From: an uncultured cyanobacterium
GTDB taxonomy: Bacteria; Cyanobacteriota; Cyanobacteriia; Pseudanabaenales; Pseudanabaenaceae
Direction of reading: 5' to 3'
DNA length: 64,000 nucleotides
NCBI GenBank assembly: GCA_963703315.1
Contig: OY969811.1
Location: 3,488,001-3,552,000 of the forward strand
Shown here: in pieces, positions 17,101 to 26,514 of the stretch
How the letters are laid out: every line of letters starts with the position of its first letter
How positions within the stretch are numbered: position 1 is the stretch's first letter
Made by a program: the position numbers and the translations under genes
The notes under the pieces: generated by a model
Seen by the model: only the letters and a program-made list of their open reading frames with translations
What the model was told of the DNA's origin: nothing
Database searches by the model: none

Positions 17101-18386
17101 ATCCAGTTACTAGCAAACGCACTATCGATGGATTCATCGGTGAGTGGAGATTCAAGATTTGGTACAGTACTCGACCAAATTTCATCTCCCATTTCCACTG
17201 AGTTTGATATTTCTAGCGATCGCACTTCTCCAAATCCATCATCTAGCAGCAGATTGTCAGATGCTTCTGCTACAATCTCAACCTGTTCATACTCAGATAA
17301 GGGTAGATCATCTTCTAGACTTGGTGCTAAATCTGGGATGTCTTGAAGTTCGTCTAGAAATATACTACTAGTATCAACATCTGCAACTAGTGCATCTTCT
17401 AATGTATCTGCAACTAATACATCAGCCTGTACTTCATCAAGTAAGTCCCAATCATTACCTAATCCTTTCTCTAAATCCTCTAGAAGATCATCTTGATAGA
17501 TAGGTTCAGCTAACTGGTCAGTATTTAGGTTAATACTTTCAGAATACTCTTCATCATCCCTAACAAATCCTGAAATTTGTGTTGGTATATCAAAAGATTC
17601 ATTAGTGATATTTAGACTTGGTTGAGTATTACCAACTTGATCATTAGTTTCTACGGACGATTTCCCCAGAATGTTATCCCAGTTGTCATCATTTAAAGCA
17701 TTACTGCTGTCAAAATTATCATTAAAAAATTCATCTAAATCTTGGATATTTTCATTATTCTCAATGCCAATTTGTAAATCCTGTAACCCAAGATCGAAAC
17801 TATCTGAAGTATCAAAATTGAGAGAATCTAAATCAGCAAAGTCAGAATTGCCTAGAAAATCCAGATTGTTCAAATCTAGATCATTCAAATCTAGATCATC
17901 TGTTGGTAAGTTGTTTGACTGACTTGAAGGCTGAAGTGTTGTCTGAGATTGTGATATTTGTGGAGATATAGACTTATCTTTAGCTTTAATTTCTGAATCA
18001 TCTATCCTAGTTTTTAGATCGGTCATAATTAACCAATCAATATTTTCCACATCATTTTTTTTGGTTTCAGTATTATTGCTACCTTGACTACTTGATGTCT
18101 TTTTGGTCGAAGGAGATCGCTCAATCTCTTCGTCTAAGCCTAGTGATCTTAACCATTCTATGTCTTCAAGATCGTTTTCATTAGCTTGATTATTTAATAA
18201 CTGAGAAGATGAGTTTCCTGATAATTGATTTGATGCTGGTTTGGGTTGAGGAGATCCGCCAATTCGCGTACTCAGATCAGACATAATCATCCAATCAACA
18301 TCCGCAGCATCGTTACCTGATGACTTTTGAGGATCTGGCTTATTACTGCCTTGACCTTTTTGCGGATTATTTTTATCAGATGCCAT
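14121..18386 (-). CDS. Large pentapeptide-repeat protein with a ~1150-aa acidic/Pro-rich low-complexity N-terminus and one TM helix
   Basis: C-terminal A(D/N)LXX repeats; hydrophobic IPVIGLAAIGGAFTLYSLL segment; D/E/S-rich N-terminus; poly-Pro tract. Confidence 0.85.
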   Translation of the reverse strand: MASDKNNPQKGQGSNKPDPQKSSGNDAADVDWMIMSDLSTRIGGSPQPKPASNQLSGNSSSQLLNNQANENDLEDIEWLRSLGLDEEIERSPSTKKTSSSQGSNNTETKKNDVENIDWLIMTDLKTRIDDSEIKAKDKSISPQISQSQTTLQPSSQSNNLPTDDLDLNDLDLNNLDFLGNSDFADLDSLNFDTSDSFDLGLQDLQIGIENNENIQDLDEFFNDNFDSSNALNDDNWDNILGKSSVETNDQVGNTQPSLNITNESFDIPTQISGFVRDDEEYSESINLNTDQLAEPIYQDDLLEDLEKGLGNDWDLLDEVQADVLVADTLEDALVADVDTSSIFLDELQDIPDLAPSLEDDLPLSEYEQVEIVAEASDNLLLDDGFGEVRSLEISNSVEMGDEIWSSTVPNLESPLTDESIDSAFASNWIQAGDQAIDDSIWHSSSSIDSPSESSPAIDNAFGSLDDWENIPEAENLEIEENISLNISSPENIEQAFDADFGLASEQDSEQKFEQTFDDQLDHQVPSEDVINDDWSADLEAEISHGNDAVDWNVPTIVTTEVEHELPDTFSTDEFVPSDAYISSNIDASVQHDEYNQAKSEVEPNEIKKPDDSMDLSSGWSNLSESIADQITESSFIDEFDNYADDLSNNVVVPVSTSLQNPNWNAEIAESVTNGNDHKLDSMLNEDFDLATFDEDSLLEEPLGNFNNVSMPTTLTPIRVAPIPSPEEQFTSGVVPNPPFDALNSSTDNLISETDFLQEAMAHDLLNESYEEMDEYQEAADKDLLNSYGTNSGGLDNFVSPQQISPPPVNFVPPVNIGKSVTNVGIDSSDFLDEFDLDSMDSQLTGDDFGSGFVSPTISTGLVPPAPPIAPLPPVPPIATRQEPTAPSVSSPPPPPPFLPPLPPKRIPNQSNTAPLPPPPSIDSQPQTQNTMGRRGREDDFDRFHAQPDPHKNRKSINTIDDSWSELLDAETVLSGGLRSSDTGSMGSTATPIAGASGRPSQGKAANSSRGSSGSRRKEIDLPDFNDLGIEIHADGNDWSGLLDNSDLSDSITTISKQSTQLPSRGRSNPPSSARFDSTGTSETKEIPRDRRKPMPSFNEPTQASMGMPRDQMDFNRFTEDNYESYEEFQQSITEAELPPKKPPIKMPSISLESLWQDYLKIPVIGLAAIGGAFTLYSLLNRPVFDIGLRWGIFKDASGKDFTNADFKGAKLDNVDFSKATLTGAKMQDASLVGANFQDANLDGVNFTNANLSKARLIRASVIWAEFNKAQMIFVDLAESNLTLSNFVGAKMEGVNLKGSKIGAQGTDKATKFNSTTLLAWQIVNDMREGRNLANQDLSGLNLSFTSLKRANLSNTRLNYTDMTGTDLSGANLSGSQINGANWSGAKLNGINLSGVIFEPSKLPKTDEETICPNAKKGPCKF

Positions 18387-18746
18387 GTGTCAATCCTCGC
18401 GATTGTTTTGGGTCTTGGGCTACTTGAGCGTTGCTACTGTAAAAATGCATTGTATTGCTAAGTAGCTCAATTTAACCTACAGCTTAGCAATAACATCACT
18501 GAGATTTCAATAAATTTAATGATTTCTCACCAATATTTTTCTGTCCCTATCAACCTTAAACATACTTAGGTTTTTAAGCGTATGGAGGAGTATAATCTTT
18601 TGCCCGCTCTTTCCAAATCTATAAAGTGTTTGAGATATTTGCTTGGGTTGTTCTATTTAGTTCGTGATGTGTATCAAGTGTCTTCCAACTAAGTGCTAAT
18701 AGCGATCGCTTACCAGTTTTTATAGGAGTTATTGCTGTAGCCATTT

Positions 18747-18868
18747 CAAAAGAGAGTGGCGACGCTTCACACTGCTACTCTCTGCAAAAAGTGAGGGTGC
18801 TTCACAGTGCTGCTCTCTACAAAAAGTGGCGGCGCTTCGCGCCGCCACCCTCTTTTGGGTTTGCTATT
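18747..18868. repeat. Cluster of three degenerate tandem REP-like units
   Basis: Three AAAA-N-GTG...GCTTC...CTCT units; the last is an intact GTGGCGGCGCTTCGCGCCGCCAC followed by TTTTGGGTTT. Confidence 0.65.
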
Positions 18869-18988
18869 AGTCAGTTTTTGCAGTTTGTATTTTGCTTACA
18901 GCAAAACATAAACTGCTACATACAAATTGAGTTTGCTGTTACATTGTGTTTATCATCGTGATTTTCATGTACAGCGTTCGTAGATTTT

Positions 18989-21694
18989 ATGGCAAAGCAA
19001 GGGCAGCAACAGCTAGATATTTGGTCGGAGTCTGATGGGGGCAAGATCATCCCAACTTCATTGCATACAGAAATGCAGCGCTCGTACCTAGAGTACGCCA
19101 TGAGCGTGATTGTTGGTCGCGCCTTGCCTGATGCTCGTGATGGACTCAAACCTGTGCATCGCCGCATTATCTACGCCATGCATGAGCTTGGACTTGTACC
19201 CGATCGCCCCTTTCGTAAGTGCGCTCGTGTAGTTGGGGACGTATTGGGAAAATATCACCCGCATGGCGATCAATCGGTTTACGATGCTCTTGTCCGACTC
19301 GTACAGGACTTTTCTAGTCGTTACCCTCTGCTTGCAGGACATGGTAACTTCGGCTCAGTGGACAATGATCCTGCGGCGGCAATGCGTTATACCGAATGTC
19401 GCTTAGCGGCGATCGGCAATGAGGCATTACTTAGCGAAATCGAGGAAGATGTCGTTGATTTTGTCGATAACTTTGATGGCTCGGAGCAAGAACCTGCGGT
19501 ATTACCTGCCCAGTTGCCAATGCTATTGCTCAATGGCGCAACGGGAATCGCGGTGGGGATGGCAACCAATATTCCGCCCCATAATTTGAATGAAATTGTC
19601 GATGGCGCGATCGCCTTGATCGATCATCCGAATTTGCCCGATGATGATTTGCTAAAAATCATTCCTGCACCCGACTTCCCGACTGGCGGGATTATCATGA
19701 ATGCAGAAGGGGTGCGCGAAGCCTATCTAACGGGCAAGGGTAGTGTGACGATTCGTGGGGTTGCCTCCGTCGAGCAGTTTGGTGGCAAAGGTACGGGCAA
19801 GCGTCAAAAACAGGCAATCATCGTCACCGAGTTGCCCTATCAGGTGAATAAATCGGCATGGATCGAGAAAATTGCCGAACTGGTGAACAATAACAAAATC
19901 GATGGCATTTCTGATATTCGTGATGAAAGCGATCGCACGGGAATGCGAGTGGTAATTGAACTCAAAAAAGATATTATCCCCGCCGTAATTATCGATCAGC
20001 TATATCGTCAAACTGCTTTACAGTCTAATTTTGGCGTAATTCTACTCGCATTAAAAGGTTCTCAACCTAAGCAGATGACCTTGCGAGAATTATTACAAGA
20101 GTTTTTAGAATTTCGGGAAGAAACTCTCTCCAAACGTTTCCGTTATGAGTTAAAAAAAGCACAAGAAAAATCACATTTGTTAGAAGGATTGGTATTAGTT
20201 CTTCAAGATATTGATCGCCTGATTAGAACTTTAAGGTTTGCGAATAATAGCGCCCTTGCCAAGACTGACTTACAGACTGAGTTTGCTCTTTCAGAAACTC
20301 AAGCAGAAGCCATTCTCTCCATGCCTTTACGGCGAATCACCGCGATCGAGCAACAGAAAATTCGTGAAGAATTAGAAACCTTACAACAGCAAGTTGCTAG
20401 ATTAGAAAAATTGTTAGGCGATCGCCGCGAGTTGATGAAATTCCTTAAAAAAGAATTGCGCGATCATAAAAAACGTCATAGTGACTCCCGCCGCACACGT
20501 CTAGCATGGCAATTACTAGAACATCAAAATTTGGTTGATGGGTCGTCTAATATTGATACTAGCGAACCCGTTAAGGCGAAGAAAAGTAAAGATGATACTT
20601 CGCAACTAACGGAACTTGAGAAAGTAGCGGTAAAAACTACTGAGCAAGTAACTGAGAAAGTAAGCGTCCGTAAATCTTCCAAAGAAAAACAACCCCAACT
20701 TTCAGAAGTTTCCCTCATTTCCCTTACCACTGAACTCAATATTCCTGTTGCCGAACCTCAGGATATTACCGTTCAACTTACCCATAAGGGCTACATCAAG
20801 AGTTTTGAGAATAATTCTAGAGTCTCTCAATCCGCCGATCTCAGTGATGATGTGACGATCGCCTCCTACGACACCCGTAGCGATCGCGAAATGGTGGTAT
20901 TAACAAATTCGGGTAAAGCATTCCCCTTGTCATTATCTAACGTTCCCATCGTCAAGGGCAAAGGACGAGGTACTCCTTTAATTACGCTTTTACCTGATAG
21001 TACTGAGCGCATCGTCTCCCAATTTGTTTGGCAAAAAAATCCTGAATCAACCGAAGGTTTAGTCCTGCTCTCTAATCAAGGCAAAATCAAGCGATCGCCC
21101 CTTGCGGAATTTGCCGATATGACCGCACGCGGATTAATCGCCGCCAAATTTAAAGAAGATGATTCTCTCTTCTGGGCAGATGTGGTCAGTTTAGAACAGG
21201 AATTAGCGATCGCCACTTCCGCAGGTCGGATTCTCCGTCTTAAAGCCGATGAGACTCAAATCCCTACAGTAGGACGCGCTGCCGCAGGAAATATTGCGCT
21301 ACGTTTAGGCAGTACTGAAACTCAAATCGGTGTATCGGTATTAGATTTAGCAAGTTCTCCCAATTCAGAGCTAATTTTAATTACTGCCGAAGGGTTTGCC
21401 AAACGGATTGCGGCTGGCAATATCAGAGCGGCTGTGCGAGGTGCGATCGGCGCTCAATGCTTTAAGTTCCAGTCTCGTACTGATCAGTTAGTCAGCATGA
21501 CCGCGATCGCCAATCCTCGCCTAGATTTACCTGTTACTTTCCTAATCGGTCAAGAGAATGACATTGGTTTACGCACCGTACAAATGCCTTTGGGTGCGAT
21601 TCCCCTCGAATTACCCAATAGTCAAGGACGCTCGATATTTGCGGGTGAAAGTGACCTAGTGCGATCGGAAAAAGTAATCCGTGTAGTAACCTAA
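18989..21694 (+). CDS. gyrA: Type IIA topoisomerase subunit A (GyrA/ParC family; resembles the second, ParC-like cyanobacterial paralogue)
   Basis: [22 protein letters not shown], catalytic AAMRYTE and C-terminal beta-pinwheel repeats; no QxRGGKG GyrA-box seen. Confidence 0.9.
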   Translation: MAKQGQQQLDIWSESDGGKIIPTSLHTEMQRSYLEYAMSVIVGRALPDARDGLKPVHRRIIYAMHELGLVPDRPFRKCARVVGDVLGKYHPHGDQSVYDALVRLVQDFSSRYPLLAGHGNFGSVDNDPAAAMRYTECRLAAIGNEALLSEIEEDVVDFVDNFDGSEQEPAVLPAQLPMLLLNGATGIAVGMATNIPPHNLNEIVDGAIALIDHPNLPDDDLLKIIPAPDFPTGGIIMNAEGVREAYLTGKGSVTIRGVASVEQFGGKGTGKRQKQAIIVTELPYQVNKSAWIEKIAELVNNNKIDGISDIRDESDRTGMRVVIELKKDIIPAVIIDQLYRQTALQSNFGVILLALKGSQPKQMTLRELLQEFLEFREETLSKRFRYELKKAQEKSHLLEGLVLVLQDIDRLIRTLRFANNSALAKTDLQTEFALSETQAEAILSMPLRRITAIEQQKIREELETLQQQVARLEKLLGDRRELMKFLKKELRDHKKRHSDSRRTRLAWQLLEHQNLVDGSSNIDTSEPVKAKKSKDDTSQLTELEKVAVKTTEQVTEKVSVRKSSKEKQPQLSEVSLISLTTELNIPVAEPQDITVQLTHKGYIKSFENNSRVSQSADLSDDVTIASYDTRSDREMVVLTNSGKAFPLSLSNVPIVKGKGRGTPLITLLPDSTERIVSQFVWQKNPESTEGLVLLSNQGKIKRSPLAEFADMTARGLIAAKFKEDDSLFWADVVSLEQELAIATSAGRILRLKADETQIPTVGRAAAGNIALRLGSTETQIGVSVLDLASSPNSELILITAEGFAKRIAAGNIRAAVRGAIGAQCFKFQSRTDQLVSMTAIANPRLDLPVTFLIGQENDIGLRTVQMPLGAIPLELPNSQGRSIFAGESDLVRSEKVIRVVT

Positions 21695-21705
21695 ACATAT
21701 ACCCT

Positions 21706-21744
21706 AAACCCAATGGCGCACGCGCAGCGTGCGCCATTGGGTTT
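21706..21744. repeat. REP-like palindrome / terminator
   Basis: AAACCCAATGGCGCACGC-GCA-GCGTGCGCCATTGGGTTT perfect stem. Confidence 0.8.
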
Positions 21745-21786
21745 GGTTCTAGCTACTTAACTCACTGTTAACTAACTGAAATTGTT

Positions 21787-22386
21787 ATGCCTTACAGTCA
21801 GTTCAAAACTTTGGAATCAGTTGTCTCTACCTTCGACCTTGTCGTTGAAGATACTGTGCATCTATTCAGCCAAACGCAACCAATTTCACCAAGCGATCGC
21901 CTCAAAGAAATTATTAATGAAGGACTAGATCTAGCGATCGCCACTAGTACCGAAAAGGCTCGTTCAGAACTACTTATCAGTCCGATCCTCATGGAAGTGC
22001 GGCGTAGTCTCCATAAGCAAATTAGTCTATTCTCTGGTAATAACTTTGATGTCGAACCAGAACGAGGATTAAATGGCTTTTGTGATTTTATTCTGAGTGC
22101 TTCAGCTACACAGTCAGTGATTACGGCTCCTGTGTTAACCGTTGTCGAAGCAAAAGAAAATGATTTGCGATCGGGCTTAGGACAATGTATTGCGGAAATG
22201 GTGGGCGCACAAATTTTCAATCAAAAAAAAGGTTTAGTCCATACAATTTATGGAACCGTGACAACTGGTACAACTTGGCGCTTTCTAAAACTCGACCAGC
22301 AAACAGTCCATATTGATTTAACCGAATACTTTATCAATCAACTCGACTTGATTTTGGGTATTCTCGCCATTCCCTTCCAAAAATAA
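21787..22386 (+). CDS. Conserved cyanobacterial hypothetical protein (possible PD-(D/E)XK fold)
   Basis: TEKARSELLISPIL, NGFCDFIL, VEAK, GLGQCIAEM, YGTVTTGTTWRFL. Confidence 0.8.
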   Translation: MPYSQFKTLESVVSTFDLVVEDTVHLFSQTQPISPSDRLKEIINEGLDLAIATSTEKARSELLISPILMEVRRSLHKQISLFSGNNFDVEPERGLNGFCDFILSASATQSVITAPVLTVVEAKENDLRSGLGQCIAEMVGAQIFNQKKGLVHTIYGTVTTGTTWRFLKLDQQTVHIDLTEYFINQLDLILGILAIPFQK

Positions 22387-22462
22387 GATGCTATGGCTAT
22401 ATATCAAAGTCGCGAAAAACCAGATAAAATAATACGTCTATAACGTTTTTAATACTTGTCCT

Positions 22463-22837
22463 ATGACCCTAAATAAAGTGCATCTAGTGGGACGTGCAGG
22501 ACGTGATCCTGAAGTCAAATATTTTGAGTCGGGCAAAGTGGTTTGCAACTTTACGATCGCCGTTAACCGTAACACTAGCAACCGTGATGAACCACCCGAT
22601 TGGTTTGACCTAGAGATTTGGGACAAAACGGCAGAGGTTGCGAAAAACTACGTGAGAAAAGGTAGCCTGATTGGAATCTCAGGGTCACTCAAATTTGATC
22701 GTTGGAATGACCGTACCACAGGTGATGAGCGTCAAAAGCCTGTAATTAGAGTTTCACAACTGGAACTACTTGGCTCTCGCAAAGATAATGAATCTGCTAG
22801 TAGTGGTAGTAGCGGCGGCTATGACGATGATTTCTAA
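22463..22837 (+). CDS. ssb: Single-stranded DNA-binding protein
   Basis: LNKVHLVGRAGRDPEVKYFESG; acidic C-terminal DDDF. Confidence 0.95.
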   Translation: MTLNKVHLVGRAGRDPEVKYFESGKVVCNFTIAVNRNTSNRDEPPDWFDLEIWDKTAEVAKNYVRKGSLIGISGSLKFDRWNDRTTGDERQKPVIRVSQLELLGSRKDNESASSGSSGGYDDDF

Positions 22838-22966
22838 GTTCACAGCCTTTGCATAGTAATGGCTTTGAGCTTTTTTTATACGGTTAAATACGGTTTTCCT
22901 ACTCGAAAATTTGTGGTGATATCAGTAAAAATATATTTAGCGAATTACAGATGCAAGGAATCGATT

Positions 22967-23269
22967 ATGTTTAACCTTGGTGAACTCAACTCCAGCAGTA
23001 ACAACATTTTGCTTGATTATCTCAAAAATCAATCCCCCGAAACGTTAACCACAGTTGCTCAATCCGTTACTCCTGAAGCTCAGCAAATTATTAATCAAAA
23101 TATTCAAAATTTACTGGGGATATTGCCTCCACAACATTTCAATGTCAGTATTACCACCGATCGCGAAAATCTCGCAGGTCTAATTGGTTCCGCAATGATG
23201 ACAGGCTACTTCATTCGACAGATGGAAACAAGAATGCAGCTAGATAACTCACTAGCATCAGTAGAATAA
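22967..23269 (+). CDS. DUF760 domain protein
   Basis: LLDYL...QNIQNLLGILP..HFNVSITTDRENLAGLIGSAMMTGYF. Start taken at ATG 22967, which has an AAGGA RBS. Confidence 0.85.
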   Translation: MFNLGELNSSSNNILLDYLKNQSPETLTTVAQSVTPEAQQIINQNIQNLLGILPPQHFNVSITTDRENLAGLIGSAMMTGYFIRQMETRMQLDNSLASVE

Positions 23270-23299
23270 AAAAGCGGCGCAACGCGCCGCTTTTTTATT
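23265..23299. terminator. Intrinsic terminator / REP-like hairpin
   Basis: AATAAAAAAGCGGCGC-AAC-GCGCCGCTTTTTTATT. Confidence 0.8.
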
Positions 23300-23323
23300 T
23301 ATAGCAATGCAAAACCCAAATAA

Positions 23324-23424
23324 TACCAATTCACAAAAGTGTGACGACATTTTTGTGAATTGAAAAACAAATCCAGTAAGGGTTTTTAAAACTAAAAATG
23401 GCTACGCCATTTTTAGTTTTGGTA
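23324..23424. mobile_element. 101-bp MITE-like element with TACCAA/TTGGTA ends and apparent TAA target duplication
   Basis: Flanked by TAA at 23321-23323 and 23425-23427; has two internal hairpins; a partial copy lies at 11652-11718. Confidence 0.75.
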
Positions 23425-23463
23425 TAAGTGAAGGCGTTGCACAGCAACGCCTTCACTTATTTG
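23425..23463. repeat. REP-like hairpin whose left arm is interrupted by the 23324-23424 element
   Basis: (CAAA)TAAGTGAAGGCGTTGC-ACA-GCAACGCCTTCACTTATTTG. Confidence 0.75.
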
Positions 23464-23477
23464 ACCTATAGAGATAG

Positions 23478-24362
23478 CTATACTTTGGGCTTGTGGTGAA
23501 AACGAATTCCTAAGAATACGTCATAGATAAAGCCAGCCAGATCAGGCATTTTCAATAAGCCTAAGGTTTGGGGAGAACCATTAGCATCGAGAAGTGGCTT
23601 CATTTGATAATAGGCACTCTCGTAGTAATACCAAGGCACATTGGGCCAGAGGTGGTGAACTAGGTGATAGTTTTGACCGAGCAACATGATATTAAGAAAT
23701 TTGCTGGGATAAACTCTGGCATTTTTCCAGCGCGATCGCTCAACAAAGGGACGATGGGGCAGATAGTCAAAGAACAAACCTAGCAAAAGTCCCATGACTG
23801 CGGCTGGTACAAACCAGAAGTTCATCATGTAGCCAAGAAAGCCATGATAATAACCAAAGATAATCATTGCTACCACAATTAGGCGGCTAATTGCCCATTC
23901 CAGCAACTCGTAATTACGCCAGAGGCGACGCTGAAAGAAGAAAATTTCGTGATAGAAAAATCTCGCTGCAATCAACCATAGAGGTCCACCCGTAGACACA
24001 AAATGGTCAGGATCGTCCTCTTCATCGTTGACATGGGCATGGTGCTGCATATGCACGCGAGTGAATACAGGAAACACAAAGCCTTGTAATATCGCGGCAA
24101 TATGCCCGATCGCCGCATTCACAATGCGATTGGGGTGAGCGACACCATGACAAGCATCATGGATCACTGTGCCTAGTACATAGAGCGCCGAAAAATTACA
24201 AACAAATACGAGCCAGTCCGCCCAGCCCCATACCCAATACCCTGTTGTCGATGCAGTTCCTAAAACAATCGAACCCAGTAGCAGTAGTATCGTCGGATTA
24301 AATCCCTGTGCTGCACCCATAAAACCTATGGGAAGAGCTAGGGCTTTGCCCTCCTGCTGCAT
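23478..24362 (-). CDS. crtR: Beta-carotene hydroxylase (fatty-acid desaturase fold)
   Basis: HDACH, HMQHH, DPDHFVSTGGPLWLIAARFFYHE and HLVHH histidine boxes. Confidence 0.93.
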   Translation of the reverse strand: MQQEGKALALPIGFMGAAQGFNPTILLLLGSIVLGTASTTGYWVWGWADWLVFVCNFSALYVLGTVIHDACHGVAHPNRIVNAAIGHIAAILQGFVFPVFTRVHMQHHAHVNDEEDDPDHFVSTGGPLWLIAARFFYHEIFFFQRRLWRNYELLEWAISRLIVVAMIIFGYYHGFLGYMMNFWFVPAAVMGLLLGLFFDYLPHRPFVERSRWKNARVYPSKFLNIMLLGQNYHLVHHLWPNVPWYYYESAYYQMKPLLDANGSPQTLGLLKMPDLAGFIYDVFLGIRFHHKPKV

Positions 24363-24449
24363 TGTGTCACTCCTTCCTCAAATTTTCTATCTTTGATCTA
24401 GTATGCGTTTTGAGTCGGTTAGTTGCCAAACCCAAAATATATTTCAATA

Positions 24450-24563
24450 TATAGCGATCGCCATTTGTATTAGAAAAATCAAAACCCAAGAAGGGAGTGA
24501 CGGCGCGGAGCGCCGCCACTCGTCTTCTGGTTTTGTGTCCTAGCAAGATTGGAGACAGCTATA
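24450..24563. mobile_element. MITE/REP composite with TATAGC...GCTATA ends and a central REP hairpin
   Basis: TATAGCGATCGCC...AAAACCCAAGAAGGGAGTGACGGCGC-GGA-GCGCCGCCACTC...GGAGACAGCTATA; one end resembles the reverse complement of 35291-35315. Confidence 0.6.
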
Positions 24564-24718
24564 TTCAAAAAATATATTTGATTGTTGCGTTTTATTACAT
24601 TTTTTATTATCCCCTATGCTACCGACAATAGAGCGAGATTGCAACTATTGAAAAATCATTGTCCTAGCGGGAATATCGTTAAGTATTATGAAGTTAGGGT
24701 CTTTTACGCTAAATAACT

Positions 24719-25369
24719 ATGCAACTTGCTTCTGAACAACGCACTAAGCTTGATAACTCCGATGATGCGTTATTTTATGACTATCCGCGTTTTGTCACCC
24801 ATGTAGACGATCGCTTTATTAAGCAGCTTACCGAGCTTTATCGTCAACGCTTGCAACCAAATACGCGCATTCTAGACTTGATGAGTAGCTGGGTGTCACA
24901 CTTACCGCCAGAAATGGAATTTGCCCATGTGGAGGGGCATGGACTGAACGCTGAGGAATTGGCGCGTAATCCTCGTTTAAATCATTACTTTGTCCAAAAT
25001 CTGAATAAACAGCAATTATTACCCTTTAAGGATCAATCCTTTGATGCGGTGTTAAACACAGTCTCCGTGCAGTATTTACAATATCCTGAAGCGGTATTTG
25101 CGGAAATTTATCGCGTTCTCAAGGTTGGCGGGATTGCGATTATTAGTTTCTCAAATCGGATGTTTTATCAAAAGGCAATTCAGGCATGGCGTGATGGTGA
25201 AGAAAGCGATCGCACTAAGTTGGTCTATAAATATTTTGCCTCTGTGCCTAAAGGATTTACGAAACCTGAGTTAGTGGCAAATGTACCGCCTAGCTCACCG
25301 TTTTTAGCGATGCTAGGTATGGCAAGCAGCGATCCGTTTTATGCTGTAGTAGCAACTCGTTGTAATTGA
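24719..25369 (+). CDS. Class I SAM-dependent methyltransferase (Methyltransf_11-like)
   Basis: FYDYPRFVTHVD, ILDLMSSWVSHLP, VSVQYL, SFSNRMF. Confidence 0.88.
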   Translation: MQLASEQRTKLDNSDDALFYDYPRFVTHVDDRFIKQLTELYRQRLQPNTRILDLMSSWVSHLPPEMEFAHVEGHGLNAEELARNPRLNHYFVQNLNKQQLLPFKDQSFDAVLNTVSVQYLQYPEAVFAEIYRVLKVGGIAIISFSNRMFYQKAIQAWRDGEESDRTKLVYKYFASVPKGFTKPELVANVPPSSPFLAMLGMASSDPFYAVVATRCN

Positions 25370-25458
25370 TATAGATTTCACGCAAAGCGTGAAATCTATA
25401 TCTAGATAGAAGGATTAAATGAATAACTGATCTTTGAGTCACGCGCAGCGTGACTCAA
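25368..25458. repeat. Two REP-like palindromes
   Basis: GATATAGATTTCACGC-AAA-GCGTGAAATCTATATC (25368-25402) and TTGAGTCACGC-GCA-GCGTGACTCAA (25434-25458). Confidence 0.75.
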
Positions 25459-25479
25459 GAAGTAAAAGGGTGACATGGA

Positions 25480-26508
25480 ATGACTGACGTTTTAGTGATT
25501 GGTGGCGGCATTATTGGTTTGGCGACAGCGATCGCCCTTTCGCAACGGGGGGCAAGTGTCACTGTCGTTGAACGCGATATTTGTGGTAGGGGCGCAACTT
25601 GGGCGGCGGCGGGAATGCTGGCTCCTGAAGCCGAACGCCTTGAAGGACAACTCCTAGAATTTGGCATTCGTAGTCGGGATATGTATCCACAATGGATTGC
25701 CAGCCTGATGCGATTATCAGGTTTAGATTGTGGCTATTGGTGCTGTGGCATGATTGCTCCTAGTCTCGACGAAAGCGATCGCCAAATTATCGCCCAACAT
25801 CCTAAATATATTAGTCGTCAAGAATCCTATAAACGCCAATCAGGTTTAGGAGAATCGGTTTTAGGTTCGCTCTGGCTGCCAGAGGATGGACAGGTCAATA
25901 ATCGTAAGCTTGCTCAAGCTCTAATAACTGCGGCGCGATCGCTATCAATCAAAATTCTCGAAGGTGTCACGGTATATCAAATTGTCCGCGATGATCAGCG
26001 CGTTACTCACCTCGATACGAGTGCTGGTAAATTGCAAAGCGATCGCTATGTTTTGGCAACAGGAGCATGGACGCGATCGCTCTTACCCTTACCCGTAAAG
26101 CCAATTAAAGGACAAATGTTGTCGGTATTTGATAGCGATCGGCAATTACAGCGCGTTATTTATGCGCCAAACTGTTATATCGTGCCACGTCAAGATGGCA
26201 CGATTGTGATCGGTGCAACTGTTGAAGATAAAGGTTTCGAGCAGGGTAATACTGCCGCAGGTGTAGCTGAATTATTAAATAGAGCGATTTCTGTTTATCC
26301 TGCGATCGCTAATATGCCCATCACTGAAACATGGTGGGGATTCCGACCTTACGCTCCTAATGAGATTCCCATTTTAGGAACCAGTGATTATGAAAATCTC
26401 ATCTTAGCAACAGGTCATTATCGCAATGGCATTCTCTTTGCACCAATTACGGCTAAGTTGATTTCCGATTTTATGATTGATGGCATTAAAGATCCGATTT
26501 TGCAATGA
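25480..26508 (+). CDS. thiO: Glycine oxidase (thiamine biosynthesis)
   Basis: GGGIIG FAD motif, ATWAAAGMLAP, PIKGQM, GHYRNGIL. Confidence 0.92.
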   Translation: MTDVLVIGGGIIGLATAIALSQRGASVTVVERDICGRGATWAAAGMLAPEAERLEGQLLEFGIRSRDMYPQWIASLMRLSGLDCGYWCCGMIAPSLDESDRQIIAQHPKYISRQESYKRQSGLGESVLGSLWLPEDGQVNNRKLAQALITAARSLSIKILEGVTVYQIVRDDQRVTHLDTSAGKLQSDRYVLATGAWTRSLLPLPVKPIKGQMLSVFDSDRQLQRVIYAPNCYIVPRQDGTIVIGATVEDKGFEQGNTAAGVAELLNRAISVYPAIANMPITETWWGFRPYAPNEIPILGTSDYENLILATGHYRNGILFAPITAKLISDFMIDGIKDPILQ

Positions 26509-26514
26509 ATTTGT

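Noticed and set aside
14706..17922. Multiple antisense ORFs within the pentapeptide gene, including the Gly-rich 15670-16029
   Set aside because: Shadow frames of a low-complexity Pro/Ser-rich coding strand.
18747..18868. Possible mini-CRISPR array (three spaced similar units)
   Set aside because: The units are degenerate REP-family palindromes without unique spacers, and no cas genes are present.
18886..18900. Possible NtcA box upstream of the topoisomerase gene
   Set aside because: Spacing is GTA-N7-TAC, not the canonical N8, and it lies within a hairpin.
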